Assembly (NCBI GenBank): GCA_050872345.1
Contig: JBNMGQ010000001.1
Coordinates: 2,039-66,038 of the forward strand
DNA length: 64,000 nt
Origin: Eubacterium sp.
GTDB lineage: Bacteria > Bacillota > Clostridia > Oscillospirales > Acutalibacteraceae
Direction: 5' to 3'
The notes under the pieces were generated by a model. That model was not told the origin of the DNA. It ran no database searches and saw nothing but the letters and a program-made list of their open reading frames with translations. Positions 28,604 through 37,523 of the stretch are shown here, in pieces. A program made the translations under genes and the position numbers. Numbering within the stretch: position 1 is the stretch's first letter; each line of letters opens with the position of its first letter.

Positions 28604-29044
28604 AATTGTGAACTTTTTGTAAACCTTGGAAAAAACCATGTTATTTTTTCTTAATATTCGCGATTTATTATATGGAAACTGATTTTTCAAATTATTATTT
28701 ATGTCTGATTTTCTGAAAATTCATTTATTACAAACAAAAATGGAACTTTAAAAAACACAAATTGTCCCTACTCTTTATCTTTTAATAATAAATCATTAAA
28801 TCAGAAAAGTCAATTTTCAATTTCAAATTTTACAGGGTGGGTAGGCTAATAATTCAAGAAAATCAGCAAACAATTAGGTTTACTTAGGCAGAAAAAATAT
28901 AAATCAAAAAAACAAGTCTAAAAACAAAAAATTGTGCGATAAGTATATTGGAAGAGGCAAGACCAATAGTAAAGGAGGCAAAGAATTAAGGAGTTTTGTT
29001 TTTCCGAAACAATTAAAATCAAAAATTAAAGGAGTTTAAAAAAC

Positions 29045-29578
29045 ATGTTAACATCAAAAGAATATAAAGAGAACTTAAAGAACAATATAATTACATATCA
29101 AATGCTTGATGACGCACTATACAGCCTCAATAAGAGAGCAAAAAATCACAGAGATAAGGCAAGAGAATACAGGGAGTATTGCCATTATAATCATTTGCGA
29201 GACAAATACCATAATATTCAGAAAGAAAACTTTCTTAAGGAAGAATTTTATGATAAAAAAGAAATACTTCTTACTCTATTAACACCCTGTGCAGTTCACG
29301 AAACAGTTGTTACAAATTATAAAACAAACAAATTAAAAACACTCTATTTTGCATATTATGAAATAAAAAATGGTCATTCTTATCACAAGCCAATAAGTAA
29401 AAGTGAGGCAAAAAGAATATCGGAAATATTGCAAATAAAGCCAAAAGAAATTGAGCCAATATATAACAACGGTGATGACATAAACGACCTAATGTCAGTT
29501 CAATTTGTGAATCAAATGATAAGTTTAATAGAATCAGGGAATTATTTATTAATTGATGAAAACGAAGTGAAGGAGTAA
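29045..29578 (+). CDS. Hypothetical protein, weakly YkyB-like
   Basis: Strong RBS; ALYSLNKRAK…FYDKK…SYHKP resembles the YkyB motif pattern. Confidence 0.5.
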   Translation: MLTSKEYKENLKNNIITYQMLDDALYSLNKRAKNHRDKAREYREYCHYNHLRDKYHNIQKENFLKEEFYDKKEILLTLLTPCAVHETVVTNYKTNKLKTLYFAYYEIKNGHSYHKPISKSEAKRISEILQIKPKEIEPIYNNGDDINDLMSVQFVNQMISLIESGNYLLIDENEVKE

Positions 29579-29583
29579 AAATT

Positions 29584-30408
29584 ATGAATATTACAAACAC
29601 AACATACTCACCAAATATGCCTGAATTAAGGTTGTTCAGGGATGAAGTTAAAAAGCTTAAGGATATGACAGACGGCAAAACAAATGACTACGCATTTTAC
29701 TTTGTTTGCATATTTTGTAAAGCTGTTTGTGAAAATGTGGACGGCAAAGAAAAAACAAGTTTAAGTGGCTCGCCACAGTTATATGTAAAAAGTAATGAGT
29801 TAAGTAACCTGTTTGGGCTGGAAAATGACAAAGATACAATGAAGGTACTTGAAACTTTGAAGAACGAATACAAAGTTATTGACTATGAAATTCTCAAATC
29901 AAAGCATAACGGAGCAATTAAAAAGACCGTTTACATACATATCAATTTTGAAAATTCCTTTCCAAAGGGTATTTATTCACGAGCAAATCAAGATGCATTT
30001 GACAATGCAATGGCAATCAAGAACGACATAGGCTTTGCAATGATTAACAAAAAAGAATTTTATAAAAATTTTTATGAAAACGCTAATAATAAGCACAGCT
30101 ATCGTGATTTGTACCTGCTTTGCAGGATGAGGACGACATATAACGACCCAAAGTTCTTGGCAATCGTCCCAAGTGAACTAAAGGACAAGCCTGTCAGCAT
30201 ATGGAAAAAGAAAGATGAGGACGATGAAGATATAGCCGTCCATTACAAAAGAGAAAAGGAACTTGCGAGCATAATGGGGGTATCGGAAAAATCAATCAAA
30301 AGATATTTTATTGCATTGCAAAATGCAGGAATGATTGAACACTATTACAAAATCAAAAAAGGAATTGTTGTAATTGCAACATATCTTGAAAAACTACTCA
30401 CGGAATAA
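29584..30408 (+). CDS. Winged-helix DNA-binding protein, possible replication initiator
   Basis: C-terminal HTH: KELASIMGVSEKSIKRYFIALQNAGMI. Possible second wHTH near NELSNLFGL…VLETLKNEYKVI. Confidence 0.5.
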   Translation: MNITNTTYSPNMPELRLFRDEVKKLKDMTDGKTNDYAFYFVCIFCKAVCENVDGKEKTSLSGSPQLYVKSNELSNLFGLENDKDTMKVLETLKNEYKVIDYEILKSKHNGAIKKTVYIHINFENSFPKGIYSRANQDAFDNAMAIKNDIGFAMINKKEFYKNFYENANNKHSYRDLYLLCRMRTTYNDPKFLAIVPSELKDKPVSIWKKKDEDDEDIAVHYKREKELASIMGVSEKSIKRYFIALQNAGMIEHYYKIKKGIVVIATYLEKLLTE

Positions 30409-30452
30409 AAAGCAAAATTTTACCAAAAATAGGAACGAAAGGGAATGGTTTT

Positions 30453-30701
30453 ATTTACAGCAAAGACGAGTTAGAGCAACTTAAAAATGTGAACATTGAC
30501 GATTTGGCAAGTGAAAATTTAGCAGACATTAATAATATGAAAATTGACACAAACGAGCCGATTGGAAAGAGATGTGAGAAGTATTTTGACACGGTCAAAA
30601 ATCCATATGCTTTTCGAGTCGGTGATGTCGGCGTCAAGATAAATTTTGTCGGAAATAATGATTTTTCGGACTCACTTGCAAATTTGGCAAGTATAAATTA
30701 A
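30453..30701 (+). CDS. DUF6870-like small protein upstream of the serine recombinase
   Basis: LADINNMKIDT…VKNPYAFRVGDVGVKINF. The frame is open upstream of GTG 30489 (YSKDELEQLKN); RBS GAAAGGGA precedes ATT at 30453. Confidence 0.65.
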   Translation: MYSKDELEQLKNVNIDDLASENLADINNMKIDTNEPIGKRCEKYFDTVKNPYAFRVGDVGVKINFVGNNDFSDSLANLASIN

Positions 30702-30714
30702 CAGGAATTGGAGG

Positions 30715-30743
30715 TTGAACAAGGTGGCACGATATGATAAAAT
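30715..30743 (+). promoter_or_regulatory. SigA-type promoter (extended -10) for the recombinase
   Basis: TTGAAC-17 bp-TAAAAT with TG immediately upstream (TGn). Confidence 0.55.
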
Positions 30744-30788
30744 CAAGGCGTGTAGAGTGCATATCATCAAACTCTTGGAGGATATGCA

Positions 30789-32459
30789 ATGAAATATGAT
30801 GAATTTTTAAAAGAAAATAAAGCCAAGAAAATCTGGACTGCTGCCGTTTATGTTCGACTTTCAAAAGAGGACGGAGACAAGATTGAAAGCGACTCAATCA
30901 CTTCTCAAAAGGAAATTTTGAGTGAATTTATCAAGCAGAAAAACGACATAGAAATTTCCGATTTTTATATTGATGACGGATGGTCGGGTGCTAACTTTGA
31001 GCGACCTGCGTTCAGCCGTATGATGAGCGATATTTACGCCAAAAAAGTCAACTGCGTGATAGTCAAAGACCTTTCTCGTTTCGGCAGAAATTACGCCGAT
31101 TCGAGCAGATATATCGACGATATTTTTGTTAAGCTGAATGTCCGATTTATCGCCTTAAACAGTGGTGTTGACACGATTTCGGAGCACACAAATCCTGCAA
31201 CTCAGTGCATTAATGTCGGCATACAAAATGTTATCAATGAAAGCTACATTGCCAACACTTCCGTCAGCATTCGTGCGACGCTGAATGTCAACCGAAAGCA
31301 GGGCAAATTTATCGGCTCGTTCGCTACTTACGGCTATTTGAAAGACCCTGACGACTACCATAAATTGGTAGTTGATGAAGATGCTGCAGAAGTTGTAAAA
31401 ACGATTTTCAAATGGTTTATCGAGGGCAAAAGTGTTATCGGAATTACGAAAAAACTTAATGCTCTGGGCATACCGAATCCGAGTGAATACAAGCGTCAAA
31501 AAGGCTTTAACTACAAGCACACGAACAAAAATAACGACGGTTTATGGTGTGATTCGACAGTTCGCAGGATGCTCAGTAATCAAATGTACATCGGCAATAT
31601 GGTGCAGGGCAAAAACACAACTTACAGCTACAAAATCAAAAAATGCAAAGCAAAACCCAATGACGAATGGATAATCGTAGAGGGTACGCACGAGCCGATT
31701 ATTGACAAGGAAACTTTTGAAAAAGCGCAGTCGCTTTTCAATCGAAACACCCGAACTGCACCGAAAAAGACGGAAGTTGACCTGTTTTCCGGCTTTGTAA
31801 AATGTGCAGACTGTCACCGTGCAATGAGCAAAAAGGTCAACAAGCACGCTTACGGAACTTACAAATATTACCGTTGCGTCACGGCAAGCAAAAAGAGCAA
31901 AACTGCCTGCTCTCCTCATTCAATTCGCATTGATGTGCTTGAAAAAACAGTGCTTTCGTCTATTCAAAATATGATTGACACGGCTGTTGAGCTTGAAAAA
32001 ATTCTTAATAAAATCAATAAACAAGCTGTTAAAAACGGCGATACGCTTACCAAAAAAGCACTCGATAAGCTGAAAAATGACAGGGAAAACATTAAGAAAA
32101 TGTCGCTTGACCTTTACCCTGATTACAAGGCAAACATCATAACTCTTGACGAGTATACGACGCTTAAAGAAAATATGGCGAATAAAATTGCCGATTTAGA
32201 TATAAAAATTGCAGAATACGAAAAAACGATAGAAAGTGAAAAATCAACTCAAATAAATCAAAGCGACTTTATCAAAAAATTTACACAGTTTGGCAAAATC
32301 GATAAACTCACCCGTCCGATTTTAACCGAACTCGTTGATTCGATTCTCGTCCATAAAAACGGTGATATTACAATCAACTTTAAGTTTATGGATGTTTACG
32401 AGCAACTTGTCGATTATCTAAGCGAAACAAAGCCAAAATACCTTGAGCATATTGCATAA
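30789..32459 (+). CDS. Large serine recombinase (resolvase + recombinase + Zn-ribbon/coiled coil)
   Basis: YVRLS catalytic motif, DDGWSG, RPAF, VKDLSRFGR, YGY, YIG, HEPII, CADC…YYRC…C. Confidence 0.95.
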   Translation: MKYDEFLKENKAKKIWTAAVYVRLSKEDGDKIESDSITSQKEILSEFIKQKNDIEISDFYIDDGWSGANFERPAFSRMMSDIYAKKVNCVIVKDLSRFGRNYADSSRYIDDIFVKLNVRFIALNSGVDTISEHTNPATQCINVGIQNVINESYIANTSVSIRATLNVNRKQGKFIGSFATYGYLKDPDDYHKLVVDEDAAEVVKTIFKWFIEGKSVIGITKKLNALGIPNPSEYKRQKGFNYKHTNKNNDGLWCDSTVRRMLSNQMYIGNMVQGKNTTYSYKIKKCKAKPNDEWIIVEGTHEPIIDKETFEKAQSLFNRNTRTAPKKTEVDLFSGFVKCADCHRAMSKKVNKHAYGTYKYYRCVTASKKSKTACSPHSIRIDVLEKTVLSSIQNMIDTAVELEKILNKINKQAVKNGDTLTKKALDKLKNDRENIKKMSLDLYPDYKANIITLDEYTTLKENMANKIADLDIKIAEYEKTIESEKSTQINQSDFIKKFTQFGKIDKLTRPILTELVDSILVHKNGDITINFKFMDVYEQLVDYLSETKPKYLEHIA

Positions 32460-32500
32460 AACGAGCAGTGAATAGATAAATATTCACTGCTCGTTAAATT
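32458..32500. terminator. Terminator hairpin after the recombinase
   Basis: AACGAGCAGTGAATA/TATTCACTGCTCGTT inverted repeat. Confidence 0.8.
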
Positions 32501-32527
32501 TATTGAAACGAATTGAATTTTCCTGTT

Positions 32528-32845
32528 TTATAGTATAACTCCATATAGATTATAGCGAGTTACTGTACAATAAATACCTATTAAAAGATTTATTGTTAGC
32601 GCAACAAAAAGAGTAATTAATCCTTTTTTAGTCCATACATATTTCCTATAGCCTTTAAAAAATACAGGTAATAAAAGAAATATAATTATAAAAAATGAAC
32701 CACTCAATTCTCCTCGGCCAAATTGATTTCTGTAATATATATTCCCAAAATCAGAAAATATTGAGCAAATCAATGTTAAAACTGTTGCGCCTATTGCAAT
32801 TGATATTGGTTTAACACGATAATTAAAATTTTCATTATTTTTCAT
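32528..32845 (-). CDS. Small hypothetical membrane protein
   Basis: 105-aa AT-rich ORF with about three hydrophobic segments. Confidence 0.55.
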   Translation of the reverse strand: MKNNENFNYRVKPISIAIGATVLTLICSIFSDFGNIYYRNQFGRGELSGSFFIIIFLLLPVFFKGYRKYVWTKKGLITLFVALTINLLIGIYCTVTRYNLYGVIL

Positions 32846-33025
32846 ATCAAATTCTGACTTTCCCTTAATTTTCCACTATTTTTTCACTATTTTTCATTAT
32901 CTTAATTATATCACTATATTATATCACTTTTCAACAATATTCAGTTTGGGTGTCAACAAATTAATATTAGCACTAAAAAAACAACCCAACCTCTATTTTT
33001 GCTAAAGGTTGGGTTATTTTATGTT

Positions 33026-33595
33026 TTATTTATTTTTAACCATATCAACAAAATATTTATGAACCGACAAGTCGTTTGTGAGTTCCGGGTGGAAGGCTGT
33101 TGCAAGGAAGTTATTTTGTTTAACGGCGACGATTTTGCCGTCAACCTTTGCAAGAATTTCCACGCCGTCGTCTACGCTTTCAACATACGGTGCACGGATG
33201 AAAACCATAGGAATTTCGCCCAAGCCTTTAAACTCCGACACTGTATCAAAGCTGCCAAGCTGTCTGCCGTAAGCGTTTCGTTTCGCTGTGCAGTCTATTA
33301 GTTTCAATGCTTTTGAACGCTCATCGCCGGTGTCCTTTGACATTAGGATAAGACCTGCACAAGTGCCGAAAACAGGCATACCGTCATTTGCAAGTTCAAG
33401 TATCTTTTCACGCAAATTAAGGTCGTCGAGAAGCTTGCTCATAACCGTGCTTTCGCCACCCGGTATAATGAGTGCGTCCGGCTTATCATCAAGGTCCTTA
33501 AGCTGACGAATTTCAACAGCGTCAACACCGAGTTCATTCAATTTTTTGATATGCTCTTCAAATGCTCCTTGTAAAGCAAGAACAGCAATTTTCAT
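33026..33595 (-). CDS. pdxT: Pyridoxal 5'-phosphate synthase glutaminase subunit
   Basis: VLALQGAF, PGGEST, GTCAGLI, RNAYGRQ, FIRAP, FHPELT. Confidence 0.97.
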   Translation of the reverse strand: MKIAVLALQGAFEEHIKKLNELGVDAVEIRQLKDLDDKPDALIIPGGESTVMSKLLDDLNLREKILELANDGMPVFGTCAGLILMSKDTGDERSKALKLIDCTAKRNAYGRQLGSFDTVSEFKGLGEIPMVFIRAPYVESVDDGVEILAKVDGKIVAVKQNNFLATAFHPELTNDLSVHKYFVDMVKNK

Positions 33596-33607
33596 AATCG
33601 GTTGAGG

Positions 33608-34480
33608 TTACTGACCTCTTTCCTCCATAATAATTTTAATTTCGTTTTCATTGATACCGACCATAGCACCACCGAGGTCTTCGCTGAGTTCGGCAAGGAT
33701 TTGTGGGTCGTTATAATTGGTAACTGCCTTAACTATTGCAGCAGCTCTTTTTTCAGGGTTGCCCGATTTGAAAATACCTGAACCTACAAACACACCTTCG
33801 GCACCGAGTTGCATCATAAGTGCAGCGTCGGCAGGAGTTGCAACACCACCTGCTGCAAAGTTTACAACAGGAAGTTTACCGTTTTCGTGAACAAAATTAA
33901 TAAGCTCAACAGGTACTCTGTATTCCTTTGCAGCCTCAAAAAGTTCATCCTTACGAAGTGACTGAACACGACGCATTTCGGCATTGATTTTTCTCATATG
34001 CCTTACAGCCTGCACAACATCACCGGTACCCGGCTCGCCCTTAGTTCTAATCATCGACGCACCCTCGGCAATTCTTCTGAGTGCCTCGCCCAAATCTCTT
34101 GCACCGCAAACAAACGGCACATCAAACTCGGTTTTATCAATATGATAAAGGTCGTCGGCAGGAGAAAGGACTTCGCTTTCGTCGATATAGTCAATCTCGA
34201 TTGCCTGCAAAATCTGTGCCTCGGCAATATGACCGATACGGCACTTCGCCATAACCGGAATTGATACAGCCTCCTGAATGCCCTTAATCATCTTCGGGTC
34301 GCTCATTCTTGACACGCCGCCTGCTGCACGAATGTCTGCAGGGATTCTTTCAAGTGCCATAACTGCACACGCACCTGCCTGCTCTGCAATTTTTGCCTGT
34401 TCAGGGGTGGTTACATCCATAATTACACCACCCTTAAGCATCTGTGCAAGGTTTTTGTTTAATTCATATCTGTTACTCAT
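33608..34480 (-). CDS. pdxS: Pyridoxal 5'-phosphate synthase lyase subunit
   Basis: [46 protein letters not shown]. Confidence 0.98.
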   Translation of the reverse strand: MSNRYELNKNLAQMLKGGVIMDVTTPEQAKIAEQAGACAVMALERIPADIRAAGGVSRMSDPKMIKGIQEAVSIPVMAKCRIGHIAEAQILQAIEIDYIDESEVLSPADDLYHIDKTEFDVPFVCGARDLGEALRRIAEGASMIRTKGEPGTGDVVQAVRHMRKINAEMRRVQSLRKDELFEAAKEYRVPVELINFVHENGKLPVVNFAAGGVATPADAALMMQLGAEGVFVGSGIFKSGNPEKRAAAIVKAVTNYNDPQILAELSEDLGGAMVGINENEIKIIMEERGQ

Positions 34481-34532
34481 AGTTGTTTCCTTTTCAAAAT
34501 TATTTGTTCGAACAACTATATATTACCATAAA

Positions 34533-34578
34533 CTGTATACTAAACAATACTCAAATTTAAGAAATTTTTAGTGTACAG
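34533..34578. promoter_or_regulatory. Inverted-repeat operator upstream of pdxS
   Basis: CTGTATACTAAA (34533..34544) and TTTAGTGTACAG (34567..34578), 11/12 inverted match. Confidence 0.5.
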
Positions 34579-34657
34579 ATAAAAATAAGCATCGAAAATT
34601 CAATTCCGATGCTTATCTATAAAATGTATTAAATAATAACATAATAATTTCACATAT

Positions 34658-34918
34658 TTATAAATTATATTGCTTTCTCAAGTCAGCAAGTGCCTTTTTT
34701 GCATCTCTGACTTCTCCCTTATTTATTGCCTCTTCTGCCTGTGCTAACTTTTTTTGGGTATCGTAAATAAACATAGTTTTTTCATATGTTTCCATACTCA
34801 TTAAAACCATATCGCCATAGCCGTTTTTTGTGACGAAAACGGGTTCATTACTGCTATGACATAAAGCAGATATTTCACTTGTGTTTTTTAAATCTCTTAT
34901 CGGAATAATTTGTGGCAT
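34658..34918 (-). CDS. Phd/YefM family antitoxin (no adjacent toxin)
   Basis: IIPIRDLKN…EPVFVTKNGYGDMVLMS; followed by a terminator hairpin at ~34586..34616. Confidence 0.88.
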   Translation of the reverse strand: MPQIIPIRDLKNTSEISALCHSSNEPVFVTKNGYGDMVLMSMETYEKTMFIYDTQKKLAQAEEAINKGEVRDAKKALADLRKQYNL

Positions 34919-35034
34919 AAAATCATCTCCTTAATTGTCACTGTTATTGTACCATAATTATGCCACGATTTCAATAATATATCATAAAATTATCACAAAT
35001 AATTTTTGACTTGATTTCAACCATTTTTACTTTT

Positions 35035-35580
35035 TCACTCATCAAACTTGGCTGAGCCGTATTTGGAGGTGGTGAAGATAAAGTCGGCGATAGCCTTCGG
35101 CTCCTCTTTCATACCGTTTTGAACCCAATATTTTATAACGGATGCACTGCCGTTGATTGTATAAAGCGAGAGCATATCACGATACGCTTTATCGAGTGAA
35201 TTATTTTTCTCGTCCATCTTTGACTGATTGAATTTATTAGTGATTTGAAAAGCTTTTTCAACAATTTTATTGCCCGAATTTGTATTGAAAATTATGCTTG
35301 TAAGCTTTTTATTTTTCCTAAGCAGTTCACACAGGCTTTCGATTGCACCGACAGGCGTTTTCGCATTATTAATCGACTCGTCAACCGTGTCGAGAAGTTC
35401 GTTTTCTATCTCATCGAGCACTTCAGATGTGTTTTTATAATGAGCATAAAAAGTGTTACGATTTATCGTGGCAGTTTTGCAAAGCTCGGTCGGAGTAATC
35501 TTTTCAATCGGCTTTGTTTTGAGCAGTTCAAGGAGTGCATCCGAGAGCATCTTTTTAGTTCTTTTAATTCTAATATCCAT
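35035..35580 (-). CDS. TetR/AcrR family regulator
   Basis: MDIRIKRTK…ITPTELCKTATINRNTFYAHY; start reset to ATG 35580. Confidence 0.88.
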   Translation of the reverse strand: MDIRIKRTKKMLSDALLELLKTKPIEKITPTELCKTATINRNTFYAHYKNTSEVLDEIENELLDTVDESINNAKTPVGAIESLCELLRKNKKLTSIIFNTNSGNKIVEKAFQITNKFNQSKMDEKNNSLDKAYRDMLSLYTINGSASVIKYWVQNGMKEEPKAIADFIFTTSKYGSAKFDE

Positions 35581-35721
35581 TTTATCGACCGTTTTCCTGT
35601 TATACTGTTCGTTAGCACACTGTTTGATAACGAACAGACTGTTGATTTTCTTCTTAATCAAAATTATAATATAATTGTATAGAAAGTCAACTAATATTTG
35701 GCAAAAGCAAATCTGCAATTC

Positions 35722-35745
35722 GGCAGGAGCAAGCCCCTGCCCTAC
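35722..35745 (-). repeat. GTAG-type REP (family 2)
   Basis: Exact reverse complement of 52195..52218 (GTAGGGCAGGGGCTTGCTCCTGCC). Confidence 0.85.
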
Positions 35746-35786
35746 GAAATTCAATATCACTTTGTATATCAAGGGGAGCAAAGGCA

Positions 35787-37523
35787 ATGAAAAATAATTC
35801 GTTTTTATCAAAAAAGATTTTCAACTCGAAAATCCAAAGCAGTAACATTACAAACAAGGAAAAATGGCTCGGTTATCTTGTAGGCCCTGCCGGTGCATTA
35901 CTTTTAAACGCACTGCTTGCACAAGGCTTTTTAAATGTGTTTTACACAGACGAGCTTGGAATAGGTGGACTGTGGGGTGGAATGTTCCTCGTAGTATTTC
36001 CTGTTTTGTCAAAAATTCTTGATGCGATAACAAATCTCGTTATGGGTGCCGTTATCGACAAAACAAGAACTGCACAGGGCAAGGCAAGACCGTGGCTTTT
36101 GCTTTCAATTCCGTTCGTCGTATTATTCGGAATTTTGCTTTATCTCGTTCCGACTCACGCATCAACTACGGTTAAAGCAATTTGGATAATCGTTACATAC
36201 AATCTTTACTACTGCTTTGCATTTACCATGTACAACATTACGCATATGATGATGGTGCCTCTTTCAACTCGAAACGATATGCAAAGAAGTCAACTCGCAG
36301 TTTTCAACAATATTGCCAACATTGCGATAACAGGCATACTCGTTGCACTTCTTTTTCCTATGCTTGTACTTCCGAAAATCAAAGGCAACATTGACGCTTG
36401 GGTAACATTTATGAGCGTTGTTGCGATACTTATGCTACCGGTTATGCTCCTTGAATACTACTTTACAAAAGAGAGAGTTACGCTTGAAAATCAAAAATAC
36501 GAAGAAAAGGACGAACACACATTTAAAGAGAAAATCAAGGTTTGTATGTCGTCTAAAAACTGGTGGATACTCGTTGCCTTTTGGCTCTTTTATTGGGTAG
36601 GTCAGCTTACCCGTTCAAATGCCATGACCTACTATGCAAACTGGGTGCTCGGCAAAACTTATGCCGACGGTATTACCCAAACACTTCTTAATGTTATTGG
36701 CGGTCTGCCTATGGGTATAGGCATTTTCCTTGTATGGCCACTGTCCAAAAAATTCGGCAAAATGACAGTTACTGCAACAGGCTTTATTCTTTGCACAATC
36801 GGCGACATCATTTGCTTTTTGAATCCGTCAAATTTAGTTGTTGTGCTTATCGGTCAGTTTATACTCAATATGGGCATCGTGCCTGCTGCATATGTTTTTC
36901 CTGCACTTATGGCAGGCGTGTTTGACGAGATTGAATACAAGTGTGGCTATCGCTGTGACGGCGTTGCAACAAGTGTAATCAATTCTATGAACACAATTGC
37001 AGTCGGTCTTAGCATCGGTATTTTCAATCTTCTTATTCGTGGATATGTTCAGCCTAAATTCGACTCACTCGGTAATTGCATAACTACTCAGCCGAAAGGT
37101 GTACTTACTGCAATTGTTTGGGCATTTGTAGGAATGAATGTATTTATCCACCTAGGTTTGGCAATTCTCCTCCGTTTTCTTGACATTGAAATTAAGTTGC
37201 CTGCTATTCAAAAGGCACTTAAAAAGAGAAAGATTGACGAGGCTAAGGCAAACGGCATTGAATATATCGACCCTGAAATTAAGGCTAAAGAAGTACAAAA
37301 ACAGCTTGAAGAAAAAGCACTTGAAGATTTCAAACTTGAGCTTAAAGAAAAGTGCAACAAAAACAACAAGCTTGATTACGATACGCTTTTAGCCAAGCAC
37401 ATTGCAAAGCTTGAAAAGCAGAAAGAGAAAGAGCTTAAAAAAGAAGAGAAAAGACTAAAGGACGAGCAGGAATTTATGCAAATGATGGAAAAACGAGCAG
37501 AGAAGAAAGGGATTAGAATATGA
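35787..37523 (+). CDS. MFS transporter, glycoside-pentoside-hexuronide family, with charged C-terminal tail
   Basis: DKTRTAQGKARPW, EYKCGYRCDG; ~12 TMs; K/E-rich tail. Confidence 0.85.
   Translation: MKNNSFLSKKIFNSKIQSSNITNKEKWLGYLVGPAGALLLNALLAQGFLNVFYTDELGIGGLWGGMFLVVFPVLSKILDAITNLVMGAVIDKTRTAQGKARPWLLLSIPFVVLFGILLYLVPTHASTTVKAIWIIVTYNLYYCFAFTMYNITHMMMVPLSTRNDMQRSQLAVFNNIANIAITGILVALLFPMLVLPKIKGNIDAWVTFMSVVAILMLPVMLLEYYFTKERVTLENQKYEEKDEHTFKEKIKVCMSSKNWWILVAFWLFYWVGQLTRSNAMTYYANWVLGKTYADGITQTLLNVIGGLPMGIGIFLVWPLSKKFGKMTVTATGFILCTIGDIICFLNPSNLVVVLIGQFILNMGIVPAAYVFPALMAGVFDEIEYKCGYRCDGVATSVINSMNTIAVGLSIGIFNLLIRGYVQPKFDSLGNCITTQPKGVLTAIVWAFVGMNVFIHLGLAILLRFLDIEIKLPAIQKALKKRKIDEAKANGIEYIDPEIKAKEVQKQLEEKALEDFKLELKEKCNKNNKLDYDTLLAKHIAKLEKQKEKELKKEEKRLKDEQEFMQMMEKRAEKKGIRI

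Noticed and set aside
30727-30767. SigK/SigE promoter for the recombinase (CATATCAT)
   Set aside because: The -35 spacing does not fit either consensus; a SigA-type promoter fits better.
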